Shown: in pieces, positions 1 to 9,350 of the stretch
How the letters are laid out: every line of letters starts with the position of its first letter
Position numbering within the stretch: the stretch's first letter is position 1
Assembly: GCA_048499755.1 (NCBI GenBank)
Contig: JASNZH010000015.1
Coordinates: 6,128 to 70,127 of the forward strand
DNA length: 64,000 nucleotides
Direction: 5' to 3'
From: Anaerolineales bacterium
GTDB lineage: Bacteria > Chloroflexota > Anaerolineae > Anaerolineales > Villigracilaceae
Program-made: the position numbers and the translations under genes
Notes under the pieces: generated by a model
What the model was told of the DNA's origin: nothing
What the model saw: only the letters and a program-made list of their open reading frames with translations
The model's database searches: none

Positions 1-474
1 GAACCAAACCGCACTTGTTTGAATGAACAACCCAAGGTTGAATTTCTTGTGCCTTATACAGGCGAGCCACCACTCGAAATGTCGCAGGAAAGCATCTATG
101 GGGTCACACTCGATGTTCCCACAGACTGGTTCCTCACCTTCGATGGTTTTTTCGCGAGAGCAAATTCACCGTTCGATATTACCCAAGCCAGCGCATTGCG
201 GACGTTCATCAGCATTCAAGATTTGAAGGATTATTTTTCCTCGAGTATTCACGGCTATCGCGGCCTGGATGGTGCGCCGGTCGAGGCGGGCACACGTGAC
301 GCGAACGGACTGCGCTGGAAGTTGTACTATGCCACCTCGAATAACCGTCCCGTAGACATTGCCGCAGCTGAAGACAATGGATTATCACTGATCATTATCA
401 TGTTCAGCCACCCGGATGAGCACGATGCCCTCTACCGGACTGTCTTTTTGCCCATGGTGGACTCCGCTCGTTAA
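1..474 (+). CDS. 5'-truncated hypothetical protein (C-terminal part only)
   Basis: Frame 1 is open from base 1 (EPNRTCLNEQPK...) to TAA at 474, so the real start lies left of the window. No family recognised. Confidence 0.6.
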   Translation, partial: EPNRTCLNEQPKVEFLVPYTGEPPLEMSQESIYGVTLDVPTDWFLTFDGFFARANSPFDITQASALRTFISIQDLKDYFSSSIHGYRGLDGAPVEAGTRDANGLRWKLYYATSNNRPVDIAAAEDNGLSLIIIMFSHPDEHDALYRTVFLPMVDSAR

Positions 475-485
475 GACCGTTTTTG

Positions 486-515
486 TTGACGATTCCCCTA
501 CCTTCATGGTATCAT
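486..515 (+). promoter_or_regulatory. sigma70-type promoter for infC
   Basis: TTGACG(486-491), 18 nt spacer, TATCAT(510-515), with an extended -10 TG at 507-508. Confidence 0.6.
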
Positions 516-578
516 TCGCCCGCCAAAAACCAGCCTACTGCTGGATTTGTTTTGTCTATCGTACTAGAGGAGAAGCAT

Positions 579-1145
579 ATAAGCGCCAACGAATTTCGAG
601 TAAATGAGGGCATCCGCGTCGCGGAAGTGCGCCTGATTGGTCCAGATGGAAGCAATGTTGGAGTCGTTCCCATCAAGGAGGCCTTGAAGATTGCACGCGA
701 AGCGGAGCTGGACCTTGTTGAGGTCTCGCCTGGAGCCAACCCGCCTGTTTGCCGTGTGATGGATTTTGGTAAGTTCATCTACGAGAAGGCGAAGAAGGAA
801 CGCGAAGCGCGGAAATCTCAGACCAAGATCGAGGTCAAGGAGATCCGCCTGCGCCCCAAGACCAATGAAGCGCATCGTGGTTTCAAAGTGGACGATGCCC
901 GCCGCTGGCTGAACCAGGGACACAAAGTCCGTGTGACCGTCAAGTTCCGTGGTCGTGAAATGGACTACCCCGAAATTGCGTTGGAAGATTTGAAAGAGAT
1001 CGCTCAGGACCTTTCCGATGTAGCTAGTATCGAGGTCCCGCCGCAAATGGAAGGACGCACCATGCTCGTGGTGCTGGCTCCCTCCAAAGGCGGCGCCAAA
1101 AAGAAAGATAAACCCGATCAGGCTGAGGCGAAGGAAGAAGCGTAA
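579..1145 (+). CDS. infC: translation initiation factor IF-3, non-canonical ATA start
   Basis: Motifs RVNEGIRVAEVRLI, LDLVEVSP, DFGKFIYE, KEIRLRP, VKFRGRE. SD AGAGGAG(566-572) lies 6 nt before the in-frame ATA at 579. Confidence 0.95.
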   Translation: MSANEFRVNEGIRVAEVRLIGPDGSNVGVVPIKEALKIAREAELDLVEVSPGANPPVCRVMDFGKFIYEKAKKEREARKSQTKIEVKEIRLRPKTNEAHRGFKVDDARRWLNQGHKVRVTVKFRGREMDYPEIALEDLKEIAQDLSDVASIEVPPQMEGRTMLVVLAPSKGGAKKKDKPDQAEAKEEA

Positions 1146-1325
1146 GTTTGAGCGGTGCAAGTTCCCAAAGATGTTGATCGTCCGCGGGCGTGAATTCATG
1201 TCCGCGGTTTACTGTCTATAGGGTATTTACTGAACCTTGTTCAATGAATAATAAGTTGGACTTCATTGTAAAGGTTCGGATACAACACAGTCCTGTGTAT
1301 TTTGTCTGAAAGGAGAAACTCCAGA

Positions 1326-1559
1326 ATGCCTCGCAAAGCAAAACCTGGAAAGAAATACAAGCTGAAGACGCATAAGGCGACCTCCAAGCGGTTCCGCCTG
1401 ACCGGCTCCGGCACACTGGTGCGCACGAAAGGTGGTAAAAGCCATTTGCGCCGCCGCACGTCTGACCGCACCAAGGCGTTATTGAGCGAGATGGTCCCAG
1501 TTTTGGGACGCAAGTACGTCAAGCGCATCAAACGCCTGAACCCCAACATGGACAAGTAG
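1326..1559 (+). CDS. rpmI: 50S ribosomal protein L35
   Basis: KLKTHKATSKRFRLTGSG...KSHL. Sits between infC and rplT; AGGAG SD precedes ATG 1326. Confidence 0.95.
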   Translation: MPRKAKPGKKYKLKTHKATSKRFRLTGSGTLVRTKGGKSHLRRRTSDRTKALLSEMVPVLGRKYVKRIKRLNPNMDK

Positions 1560-1652
1560 TCCGGTTTGTCGTCAATTTTTATTTGCGGCTTTCGGGTGTA
1601 CGCAACTGGTGTAACCCACCGACGCCCGCGAGTTTGCAGGAGGTACTAAACA

Positions 1653-1994
1653 ATGCGCGTTAAGGGAGGCCCGCAAGGGCATCTACGTCACAAGAAAGTT
1701 TTGAAGATCACAAAGGGACAGCGCGGCTCGAAGAGCACCCTGTTCAAGCGTGCAAATGAGGCCATGCTCAAGAGCCTCTGGTACGCCACCCGCGACCGCC
1801 GCGTGCGCAAGCGCGATCTGCGCAAGTTGTGGATCGCCCGCATCAATGCGGCAGCCCGCCTGAACGGCACCACGTACAGCCGTCTGGTGGCAGCGATGAA
1901 GAAAGCGAACATCGAGATCAACCGCAAGATGTTAGCTGACATCGCCGTCCGCAACCCGCAGGCATTCGCCGCGGTTGTAGCACAAACGAAATAA
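1653..1994 (+). CDS. rplT: 50S ribosomal protein L20
   Basis: MRVKGG...[23 protein letters not shown]...[10 protein letters not shown]; GGAGG SD. Confidence 0.97.
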   Translation: MRVKGGPQGHLRHKKVLKITKGQRGSKSTLFKRANEAMLKSLWYATRDRRVRKRDLRKLWIARINAAARLNGTTYSRLVAAMKKANIEINRKMLADIAVRNPQAFAAVVAQTK

Positions 1995-1999
1995 ACCCG

Positions 2000-2027
2000 T
2001 TAGGGGCGACCGGCTGGTCGCCCCTAC
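2000..2027. repeat. GTAG-type REP-like palindrome, copy 1
   Basis: ttaggggcgaccggctggtcgcccctac just after the rplT stop; 27 of 28 nt identical to 9351-9378. Confidence 0.85.
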
Positions 2028-2054
2028 ATTTTTTAACGGGGGTAAAATATTCAC

Positions 2055-2618
2055 ATGAATTCCATCCTGGTCGAAAAGAAATTCCCTTCAGGGCAGTCGT
2101 TACAAATCGTACAGGGCGATATCACCATCGAAGAAGTGGATGCGATCGTCAATGCCGCGAATGAACATCTCGCACACGGGGGTGGCGTGGCATGGGCGAT
2201 CTCAAAAAAAGGCGGCGCGACGATTCAACGGGAAAGCGATGCCTGGGTCCGCAAGCATGGGACGGTCCCCCACACGCATCCCGCCTGGACCTCGGGCGGG
2301 AATCTGCCTGCGAAGTATGTGATCCACGCTGTGGGTCCGGTGTGGGGCGACGGCGACGAAGATCGAAAACTATCCGACGCAGTGAATGGGTCATTGCAAG
2401 TGGCGGAGGAATTAAAATGCGAAGTCGTTTCGATGCCTGCCATTTCCACGGGCATTTTTGGTTTTCCAAAAGATCGCGCAGCGGACATTCTCTTCAACGT
2501 GATCCAAAGCTGGTTTCAGAAAAATCCAAATTCCGGGTTGAGGCGAGTCCGCATCGTGTTGTTTGACGGGGATACTATCGATGAATTTCTAACCGTTTGG
2601 AAACTGCAAAACGATTGA
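2055..2618 (+). CDS. macrodomain protein (MacroD/YmdB-like ADP-ribose-binding/hydrolase)
   Basis: GDIT, AIVNAANEHLAHGGGVA, VIHAVGPVW and PAISTGIFGFP motifs. Confidence 0.9.
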   Translation: MNSILVEKKFPSGQSLQIVQGDITIEEVDAIVNAANEHLAHGGGVAWAISKKGGATIQRESDAWVRKHGTVPHTHPAWTSGGNLPAKYVIHAVGPVWGDGDEDRKLSDAVNGSLQVAEELKCEVVSMPAISTGIFGFPKDRAADILFNVIQSWFQKNPNSGLRRVRIVLFDGDTIDEFLTVWKLQND

Positions 2619-2631
2619 GTCCCTACCATTC

Positions 2632-3414
2632 ATGATCACATCCAACCAAAACTCAAAGATCAAACTCGTCCGCGCTTTGTTGGGACGGTCAAAAGAACGC
2701 CGCGAGGCAGGAGCCTTCGTCGCTGAAGGGGTGCGGCTGGTGGAAGAAGCGGTGAAGGCGAATTGGACATGTCGCTTTGCGTTGTATGATGAGACCTTGA
2801 GCGAACGGGGATTGTCGCAGGTTGAAAGTCTAAAGTCACGCGGCGTGGACGTGGAAGAGGTCTCTGTCAGTGTAATGAAATCCATCAGCGAGACAGAAGC
2901 GCCGCAAGGCATTCTGGCTGTGCTCGAATTCAGTAATTTACCAATCCCCAGTTCTCCCAACTTTATCCTCATCCCAGACCAAATCCGCGACCCTGGGAAT
3001 TTGGGCACGTTACTTCGTTCGGCGGCGGCTTCAGGGGTGCAAGCTATCCTGATTCCACCTGATACAACGGATGCGTTTGCGCCGAAGGTGTTACGCTCTG
3101 GCATGGGCGCTCATTTTAGGTTGCCGATCCATTCGATGGGTTGGGAAGAAATTGAAAAGGCTGTAAAGTCGGATGCTTTGAATGTTTATGTCGCTGACAT
3201 GGACGGAACATCCTGCTGGGAGCAGGATTTGAGACAACCCGTCGCTTTGATCGTGGGCAACGAAGCGGAAGGGGCAAGCGAGTCCGCGCGGAAGTTGGCG
3301 GATGGAAAGATCAGCATTCCCATGTCCCGCGAGACGGAGTCGCTGAACGCAGGCGTGGCAGGAAGTGTGTTGATGTTTGAAATTATGAGACAGAGAAGAG
3401 TGAAGAAAAAGTGA
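2632..3414 (+). CDS. TrmH/SpoU family RNA 2'-O-methyltransferase
   Basis: ITSNQN, DPGNLGTLLRSA, VGNEAEG and IPM...ESLNAGVA SPOUT motifs. Confidence 0.92.
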   Translation: MITSNQNSKIKLVRALLGRSKERREAGAFVAEGVRLVEEAVKANWTCRFALYDETLSERGLSQVESLKSRGVDVEEVSVSVMKSISETEAPQGILAVLEFSNLPIPSSPNFILIPDQIRDPGNLGTLLRSAAASGVQAILIPPDTTDAFAPKVLRSGMGAHFRLPIHSMGWEEIEKAVKSDALNVYVADMDGTSCWEQDLRQPVALIVGNEAEGASESARKLADGKISIPMSRETESLNAGVAGSVLMFEIMRQRRVKKK

Positions 3415-4622
3415 AAATCCGATCCATAACCTATTTTTGCAACCCCGAATATCCCTTGAAAGAAAATGTCCTGCGTGAAGCGGGAGATTTTTTATCTCAA
3501 GCCAAATCCGCTTATGAGGCGGCTGGATATGAAGTCCAAACTACGCGGCTGGCGACAATTCCCTTCCCGCAATTGCTGGGTGAATCTCACATAGACGAGT
3601 TGCCTGAATTTGCAAGCAAATTGGCGCAGATCATTCCACAAGTCAAGGTTGCTTATGCCTCGCTCGGACCAGCGCTCCCAGAGTCACCGCGCAGCTATCA
3701 AGTCATTCCGGAGGCGATCGCAGCGAGCGAGAATATTTTCTTCAGCGGTGTGATGGCAGATGAACGCTCCATCCATCTGGCACAGGTCAAAGCTTGTGCA
3801 GAAATCATCGTCAAGTGTGCGCCCATCGACACGAATGGATTCGCCAATTTACGTTTTGCCGCGTTGGCGAACGTCAAAGCTGGCGCGCCGTTCTTCCCGG
3901 CAGCGTATCATGATTCAAACACACCCGCTTTTGCAATCGCAGTCGAATCCGCTGACATGGCAGTAAACGCTTTCGATGGTGTATCCGCTTTGAGCGAGGG
4001 AAGAAGCGCCCTCATTTCGGAAATCGAGAAACATGGTCAAGCAATTACAAAAATCGCAAAAGGTTTGCAGGTTGAATTCAAAGGCATTGACTTTTCGCTC
4101 GCACCGTTCCCCGATGATGCGCATTCGCTCGGCAACGCGGTCGAGAAGATGGGCGTGCCAAAGATTGGTCTGCATGGTTCGCTCGCCGCCGCAGCGATCC
4201 TGACTGAAGCCATCGAACGCGCGGACTTTCCGCATGTTGGCTTCAACGGTTTCATGCAGCCTGTGCTGGAAGATTCCATTTTGGCAAAGCGCGCAGCAGA
4301 GGGAACGCTGACGGTCAAGGACGCGCTGCTGTATTCCGCTGTTTGCGGCACAGGGTTGGATACGGTTCCGCTGCCCGGTGATGTCACTGCTGATGAACTC
4401 ACGCCGCTTCTGCTTGACCTGTGTGCTTTGTCGCTGCGACTGGACAAACCCCTCACTGCTAGGCTGATGCCCATCCCCGGCAAGAAAGCGGGGGATGTCA
4501 CTACTTTTGATTTTGGATTCTTTGCGAACAGCAAGGTGATGCGATTGGATTCAATCCCACTACAATTACCGTTGGGCGGAGATGAGACCATCTCGCTACA
4601 TAAAAAACTTCCCAGATCATAA
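3411..4622 (+). CDS. DUF711 family protein
   Basis: MKIRSIT start, GIDFSLAP, GFNGFMQPVLED, YSAVCGTGLDTVPLPG and KPLTARLMP. Confidence 0.8.
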   Translation: MKIRSITYFCNPEYPLKENVLREAGDFLSQAKSAYEAAGYEVQTTRLATIPFPQLLGESHIDELPEFASKLAQIIPQVKVAYASLGPALPESPRSYQVIPEAIAASENIFFSGVMADERSIHLAQVKACAEIIVKCAPIDTNGFANLRFAALANVKAGAPFFPAAYHDSNTPAFAIAVESADMAVNAFDGVSALSEGRSALISEIEKHGQAITKIAKGLQVEFKGIDFSLAPFPDDAHSLGNAVEKMGVPKIGLHGSLAAAAILTEAIERADFPHVGFNGFMQPVLEDSILAKRAAEGTLTVKDALLYSAVCGTGLDTVPLPGDVTADELTPLLLDLCALSLRLDKPLTARLMPIPGKKAGDVTTFDFGFFANSKVMRLDSIPLQLPLGGDETISLHKKLPRS

Positions 4623-4639
4623 GTCTGGGAAGTTTTTTA
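4601..4639. terminator. bidirectional intrinsic terminator
   Basis: taaaaaacttcccaga-N7-tctgggaagtttttta between convergent genes. Confidence 0.8.
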
Positions 4640-5425
4640 TTACTGTCCTTTCAGATAATACGCCTGATAACTTCCAGCGGAAGTGTAACCCAACTTTTCC
4701 GCCAGCTTGCAAGATTCAGGATTGGCTGCATCCCAATGCGCATCCATATTGTGCTCCAAACACCAACGGATAAGATTGGCAGATAACACCGTCGCAACAC
4801 CCTGACGTCGATAGGCTTCCTCGACGAACAAGCTGACTTCGATGCCCATACTGTAAACCAACGAAGAATATGCTGCGCCAACTACTTCGCCATCCTTCTC
4901 AAAATAAAAGCCAATGCCACGTTCTGCAAAATCCGACGGGGATTCAAAGTCAGAGACGTCGATAAAATGGTCTTTTCCTTTTAGTCGTTCCAACAAGGTG
5001 ACGTCCATTTGTTTAACTTCCTGAGCAACTTTGGAAGCCTGACAGAGTTTTGCTACATGTTCAAGGGATAAGTTTTCGGATGAGAAACAATAACGCTCGA
5101 TGGTAACGAAGCGTTCGCCATAGAAGTCTTTGAACGCTTCCGCCCAACCCGCAGAAGCAGACATGAACAAGTTATAGGGTGGAAATCCCTTGAGCATTTC
5201 CTGAGCGCCAGTACCACTCACATCTCCGGCAAAATAGTGAAAGGGACCGATTCGAATCAAATAAGCAGAGGCCCGTTCGGCGTTGTCCACGTAGGCAAAT
5301 CCCATCTGGTCTTCCAACACACATTCAATGGAAATATCCACGCGCGGAACGTTTCGGAATACTTGTGCCAGACGAATACGATTGGACTTCGTTAAAGGGT
5401 ATTCTGTAATCATTCTTCTCTCCAA
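4640..5425 (-). CDS. GNAT family acetyltransferase
   Basis: C-terminal YRRQGVAT acetyl-CoA motif and HWDAANPESCKLAEKLGY. Confidence 0.85.
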   Translation of the reverse strand: MERRMITEYPLTKSNRIRLAQVFRNVPRVDISIECVLEDQMGFAYVDNAERASAYLIRIGPFHYFAGDVSGTGAQEMLKGFPPYNLFMSASAGWAEAFKDFYGERFVTIERYCFSSENLSLEHVAKLCQASKVAQEVKQMDVTLLERLKGKDHFIDVSDFESPSDFAERGIGFYFEKDGEVVGAAYSSLVYSMGIEVSLFVEEAYRRQGVATVLSANLIRWCLEHNMDAHWDAANPESCKLAEKLGYTSAGSYQAYYLKGQ

Positions 5426-5967
5426 TATTCTCCACCACCACCCTCGCGCTTCATCAGGTTGGCTCCAACCAGTTCGCGCCGCAGGGAGGCAGTATCTGCA
5501 TGATAGGTGCTCAAAATTTCGTTGACCTGTTTCTCGCTATAACGTTTTCCAACTTTGAACGCCTTGACGACATAGCGCAAGATGGCATCCAGCTTCTTCT
5601 TTTGGGCAGGGATGATTTTCAGGCTGCCATCTTTGCGCGTGTAATCGCGGATAACTTTATGGTCATAGGCATCCGCATCCACATCCGCGACAGAGGCGGC
5701 GAGTTTCTCCTGTGAGAATAGGCTGCGCGTCTTTTCCTGCAACGCCGTTTCATCAAGCTGGTAGACATTGTAGTAGCTATCTGCCCTGGCACTGACCAAA
5801 CCCACTTTGGAAAGTTTGGACAGATGATGCGAAACAGTCGAGGCTTTCAAATCCAATAAAGCGGCGAGTTCTTCCACGCTGTAGGGCTGTTGCGCAAGCA
5901 GTCCAATGATCTTGAGGCGATTTGCATCAGAAAGGACCTTGAAAAAACTGACCAAGTCCTCGCTCAT
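5410..5967 (-). CDS. ArsR/SmtB HTH regulator fused to DUF2087
   Basis: FKVLSDANRLKII...STVSHHLSKL; C-terminal IPAQKKK...YSEKQVN...DTASLRRELV...YWR. Confidence 0.85.
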   Translation of the reverse strand: MSEDLVSFFKVLSDANRLKIIGLLAQQPYSVEELAALLDLKASTVSHHLSKLSKVGLVSARADSYYNVYQLDETALQEKTRSLFSQEKLAASVADVDADAYDHKVIRDYTRKDGSLKIIPAQKKKLDAILRYVVKAFKVGKRYSEKQVNEILSTYHADTASLRRELVGANLMKREGGGGEYWREE

Positions 5968-6512
5968 GCTTCACCTGCTTTTGTCCGCCAGTATTTCGAG
6001 CCGTCGCTTTCACGCGCCAGCAGACCCGCATCCACCAGATCGCGGCGCAGACCAGCAACATCCACGTGGAAGCGTTTGAGGACAGCATTGATTTCCCGTT
6101 CGGTATAGATTCGGTCAAATTCAAAATGCTGGATCAGATAATCCAAAATAGGTTGGAGCTTTTTCTGCTCAGGGATATGCCGAATGGTGCCGTCTGCATT
6201 GAGACAATCTCTGAGAATCTTTTTGGAGCGCTCGTCCAAATTCTCGTCGGGGATAAAGGCCTCATTGGTGTGGATCAATTTCTCTTTGCCGAGAGTGGCA
6301 AGTTTGTCTTCATTAAGCGTGAAGATGCCATCGGTCTGGCTGATAACGCCGATGAATTCGAGAAAACCAAGATGGGTCAGGGAATCCTTGGGGGACAGAT
6401 TTAATTGGTCTGCCACTTCCCTACGAGTAGCAGGTCGCTGCGAGAGTAGACCGATGATCCGCAGACGATCTGGGTGAGACATGGCTTTTACAAAGTCAAG
6501 CATTTCGTTCAT
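5964..6512 (-). CDS. HTH-DUF2087 protein, paralog of the downstream gene
   Basis: KAMSHPDRLRIIGLL...YTEREIN...DVAGLRRDLVDAGLLARE...YWR. Confidence 0.85.
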   Translation of the reverse strand: MNEMLDFVKAMSHPDRLRIIGLLSQRPATRREVADQLNLSPKDSLTHLGFLEFIGVISQTDGIFTLNEDKLATLGKEKLIHTNEAFIPDENLDERSKKILRDCLNADGTIRHIPEQKKLQPILDYLIQHFEFDRIYTEREINAVLKRFHVDVAGLRRDLVDAGLLARESDGSKYWRTKAGEA

Positions 6513-6533
6513 AGTTCACATCCGTAAATTTAT

Positions 6534-6549
6534 TTCGATAAGTATCGAA
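6534..6549. promoter_or_regulatory. palindromic operator candidate
   Basis: TTCGATA-AG-TATCGAA, a perfect 7-2-7 inverted repeat at the predicted transcription start. Confidence 0.65.
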
Positions 6550-6553
6550 TTGG

Positions 6554-6582
6554 ATTCTAGAGGCGAATCCGCCATCTGTCAA
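6554..6582 (-). promoter_or_regulatory. sigma70 promoter of the DUF2087/GNAT operon
   Basis: Minus strand TTGACA(6582-6577), 17 nt spacer, TAGAAT(6559-6554). Confidence 0.75.
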
Positions 6583-6701
6583 GGGAATTCGGTAGGAGAC
6601 TGGTCAGGTTTGGGCGGAGTCGGACGCGAAGCGGTTAAAAGTCGGTGAGGTTGTATGGGTTATAATCTTCATCAGATCAATTCAACCAACAGGAGGTGCC
6701 G

Positions 6702-7622
6702 GTGGACCTTACGAAACATGCTTTCTTTGAGGGAAAAATGGTTCCCTTGAGCGAGGCTAAAATCAATATCGCCACGCATGGCTTTTTATATGGGACCGCC
6801 GTGTTCGGCGGCATGCGGGCATACTGGAACGAAGAGAAGAAGCGTCTCTTCGTTTTTCGTCCCTATGATCATTTCAAGCGGCTGCTCAATTCCGGTCGTA
6901 TGATGGCAATGACCATTCCACATGATGAGGAAGGTCTGATTCAGCTGACGCTCGATCTCCTGCGGATGGATAACTGGCAGTGTGATGTATACCTGCGCCC
7001 CACCATTTACAAGGCAGATATGGGCATCGGCGTGCGCCTGCATGATTTGAAGGATGAGTTCTGTATGTTCGTGCTGGCGTTCGAGAAATATGTCAAGAAT
7101 GATACGAACGCGCATGTGACCGTTTCTTCGTGGCGACGCATCGATGACAACGTCATTCCGGCTCGCGGAAAAGTTTCAGGCGCGTATGCGAATTCGGCGC
7201 TTATCAAAACGGATGCCAATCGCGCCGGTTTCGACGAAGCCATCGTGCTCGACAATCACGGACATGTCTCTGAAGGTTCTGCGATGAACCTCTTCATGGT
7301 GCGTGATGGCGTGCTGGTCACACCGCCCATCACAGACAATATCCTCGAAGGTATCACGCGTCGTTCCATTATCGAGATCGCGCGTCGCGAACTCGGGCTG
7401 GAAGTTGTGGAACGCTCCATCGACCGCACGGAAGTTTTCATTGCGGAAGAGATGTTCATGACCGGAACTGCTGCACAGGTTGTGGCGATCACCAAAGTCG
7501 ATCATCGCCCAGTGGGAATTGGCGCAATGGGACCGATCACCACCCAGCTCCGTGCCTTGTTCAATGACATTGTCCGCGCGAAGAATCCAAAATATTCCAA
7601 CTGGAATGTGGAAGTAAGATAA
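6702..7622 (+). CDS. ilvE: branched-chain amino acid aminotransferase
   Basis: HGFLYGTAVFGGMRAY, ARGKVSGAYANS, EGSAMNLF, ILEGITR, TGTAAQV. SD AGGAGG(6691-6696) favours GTG 6702 as start; TATAAT at 6661. Confidence 0.93.
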   Translation: MDLTKHAFFEGKMVPLSEAKINIATHGFLYGTAVFGGMRAYWNEEKKRLFVFRPYDHFKRLLNSGRMMAMTIPHDEEGLIQLTLDLLRMDNWQCDVYLRPTIYKADMGIGVRLHDLKDEFCMFVLAFEKYVKNDTNAHVTVSSWRRIDDNVIPARGKVSGAYANSALIKTDANRAGFDEAIVLDNHGHVSEGSAMNLFMVRDGVLVTPPITDNILEGITRRSIIEIARRELGLEVVERSIDRTEVFIAEEMFMTGTAAQVVAITKVDHRPVGIGAMGPITTQLRALFNDIVRAKNPKYSNWNVEVR

Positions 7623-7628
7623 AAGAAA

Positions 7629-7659
7629 AAAATCCGCCGTTTGAAAAACGGCGGATTTT
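7629..7659. terminator. bidirectional intrinsic terminator
   Basis: aaaatccgccgttt-gaa-aaacggcggatttt between convergent genes. Confidence 0.8.
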
Positions 7660-7672
7660 AGTTTTAAGATAT

Positions 7673-8407
7673 TTACGGATTTTTCTTGAACTTCACCAAC
7701 ACAAGGTTCTTCGTGCAGTCGTTGAAGGTATCGATGGAAATATTATCCGAAAGCGGCAAACCCGCCTGGTCAAAGATCTGAATGGATAATAATCCATCTG
7801 AAGAGATCGGCACGGTTCCCAGGAAAAACTCAAAGCCAGATTTTCCATAAGCGGGCGCAATGCCACTCACGGTCAATTCATTCTTGCTCTTATTATTGTA
7901 GAAACCCGTCACGCGGACGGCAATACCGAGCATGTCGGCATTGTTTGAATCTACGATGGTACCGGCGACACCCTGCCAATTACAAGCGGCCTCTGGGTGG
8001 ATGATGGTGCTGTCAATATAGGTGACTGTAGCAGAGAAGGGCGCTTTGGGCGTGGCAGTCGCCGTCGGCGTGACAGACGGAGTGATGAGAGAAACAACCG
8101 TCGCCGTGGGAGGAGGCGTGTGCGTCGGTGCGATGGTCGCAGTAGGCGTCTCAGACATGCTAGGCAGGGTGGACGTCCACGTAGGGAGTAGTTGAATCTG
8201 CGTGACCGTCGGTGTGGGAGGAAGCTTCGCCAGCGCCCGTGCCGGGCTGAGCGGATTGATCGCAGAGTCGGGTGCAAGAAACACAGCAACGAAATACAAA
8301 CCGAGACAAAATGTGATAAGCAGCATCATAATGCTCATCAGGTCCCAGATGTCGAGGCGCGATTTCTTTTGTTCCTCCGGGTAATCATCGTAATCGTATT
8401 TGCTCAT
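7673..8407 (-). CDS. membrane-anchored hypothetical protein with a Thr/Pro-rich linker
   Basis: One N-terminal TM helix, PTPT-rich stalk, C-terminal beta-rich domain with two Cys (CNWQGVAG...CTKNLVLV). Confidence 0.75.
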   Translation of the reverse strand: MSKYDYDDYPEEQKKSRLDIWDLMSIMMLLITFCLGLYFVAVFLAPDSAINPLSPARALAKLPPTPTVTQIQLLPTWTSTLPSMSETPTATIAPTHTPPPTATVVSLITPSVTPTATATPKAPFSATVTYIDSTIIHPEAACNWQGVAGTIVDSNNADMLGIAVRVTGFYNNKSKNELTVSGIAPAYGKSGFEFFLGTVPISSDGLLSIQIFDQAGLPLSDNISIDTFNDCTKNLVLVKFKKNP

Positions 8408-8448
8408 TGGGTCACTCCAAAATCATCCTTTGTGCGATCCGAACGCGA

Positions 8449-9327
8449 CTAGGGCGTCAGGACAATATCACTTTCAGCGCGCTGATTGGCAAGCCATGTT
8501 CGCAACGTCTGTTCCTGAATGGTCAATAATGCATCTGGCGAAAGCGGGTGCTCAGCCCGGTCGATGGCTTTGAAAATATGAAAGCCAGCCGGGGTGGCAA
8601 TAATTCCACTGACGCCGCCTGCCTGCAAGGCAAAAACCGCTTCGTCCGCGTTGACATCCAGCAAGTATCCCTGCGGCACCCAACCCAACTCGCCGCGCGT
8701 GACCGGGTCATAACGAGCCGCCAACTCATCAAAATCGGTTCCGGCGTTCAATTCAGCCAGCGCCGACTGGGCATCCGCCTCATTATAGGTCAAAATCTGA
8801 CGCAGATGAATTTGCTCGACCGAAGTCGGCACATCCGCAATGATTTTGTCACGCATCCATGCCGCTTCAACCGAACGCTTCAACGCAACCCGGAAGGAGG
8901 CATCATCATACCCGTGAGCAGCCTGCCACTGACTGAGCGCATCTGTACTGCCAAGCTGAGACACAAGCGCATCAATCCGCGACTGGAGATCTGCTTCGGT
9001 GACTTCAAACTTTGCCTCCCTCGCAGCTTGACTCAGCAACACTTGCGAGATCAGGTCATCCAGGACAGCCTTATTGGCGTCCTCATCGGTGAAGGAAAGT
9101 CCCAGCGCGGTTTGGGCAGCTTTGTAGCGCGTCAATTCAGATTCGAATTCGGCAATGGGGATGTATTCGCCATTCACTGCCGCCACCGAAGGCGGCGGAG
9201 TAGGAGTGGGCGGCGCAAGGGTTGGAGTCGGCTCGGAAGGGGTGGGCGTGCTTGAAGTCCCGGGGGAAGCGCAAGCAGATACCCCCACGGCGAGGATGAG
9301 AGTCAAAATAGTCAGTTTGAAGCGCAT
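8449..9327 (-). CDS. PrsA/SurA-like parvulin peptidyl-prolyl isomerase lipoprotein
   Basis: Lipobox VSAC, VAAVNGEYI, IHLRQIL, FDELAARY, GELGW, TPAGFHIFK. Confidence 0.85.
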   Translation of the reverse strand: MRFKLTILTLILAVGVSACASPGTSSTPTPSEPTPTLAPPTPTPPPSVAAVNGEYIPIAEFESELTRYKAAQTALGLSFTDEDANKAVLDDLISQVLLSQAAREAKFEVTEADLQSRIDALVSQLGSTDALSQWQAAHGYDDASFRVALKRSVEAAWMRDKIIADVPTSVEQIHLRQILTYNEADAQSALAELNAGTDFDELAARYDPVTRGELGWVPQGYLLDVNADEAVFALQAGGVSGIIATPAGFHIFKAIDRAEHPLSPDALLTIQEQTLRTWLANQRAESDIVLTP

Positions 9328-9350
9328 TCTGGAAATTATAAATTAAAAAA

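Noticed and set aside
483-578. N-terminal extension of IF-3 from TTG 483
   Set aside because: It overlaps the predicted promoter, and the SD plus homology point to ATA 579.
2055-2618. Macrodomain as a DarG-type antitoxin or defence gene
   Set aside because: No DarT or other toxin is adjacent; the motifs fit a standalone MacroD/YmdB type.
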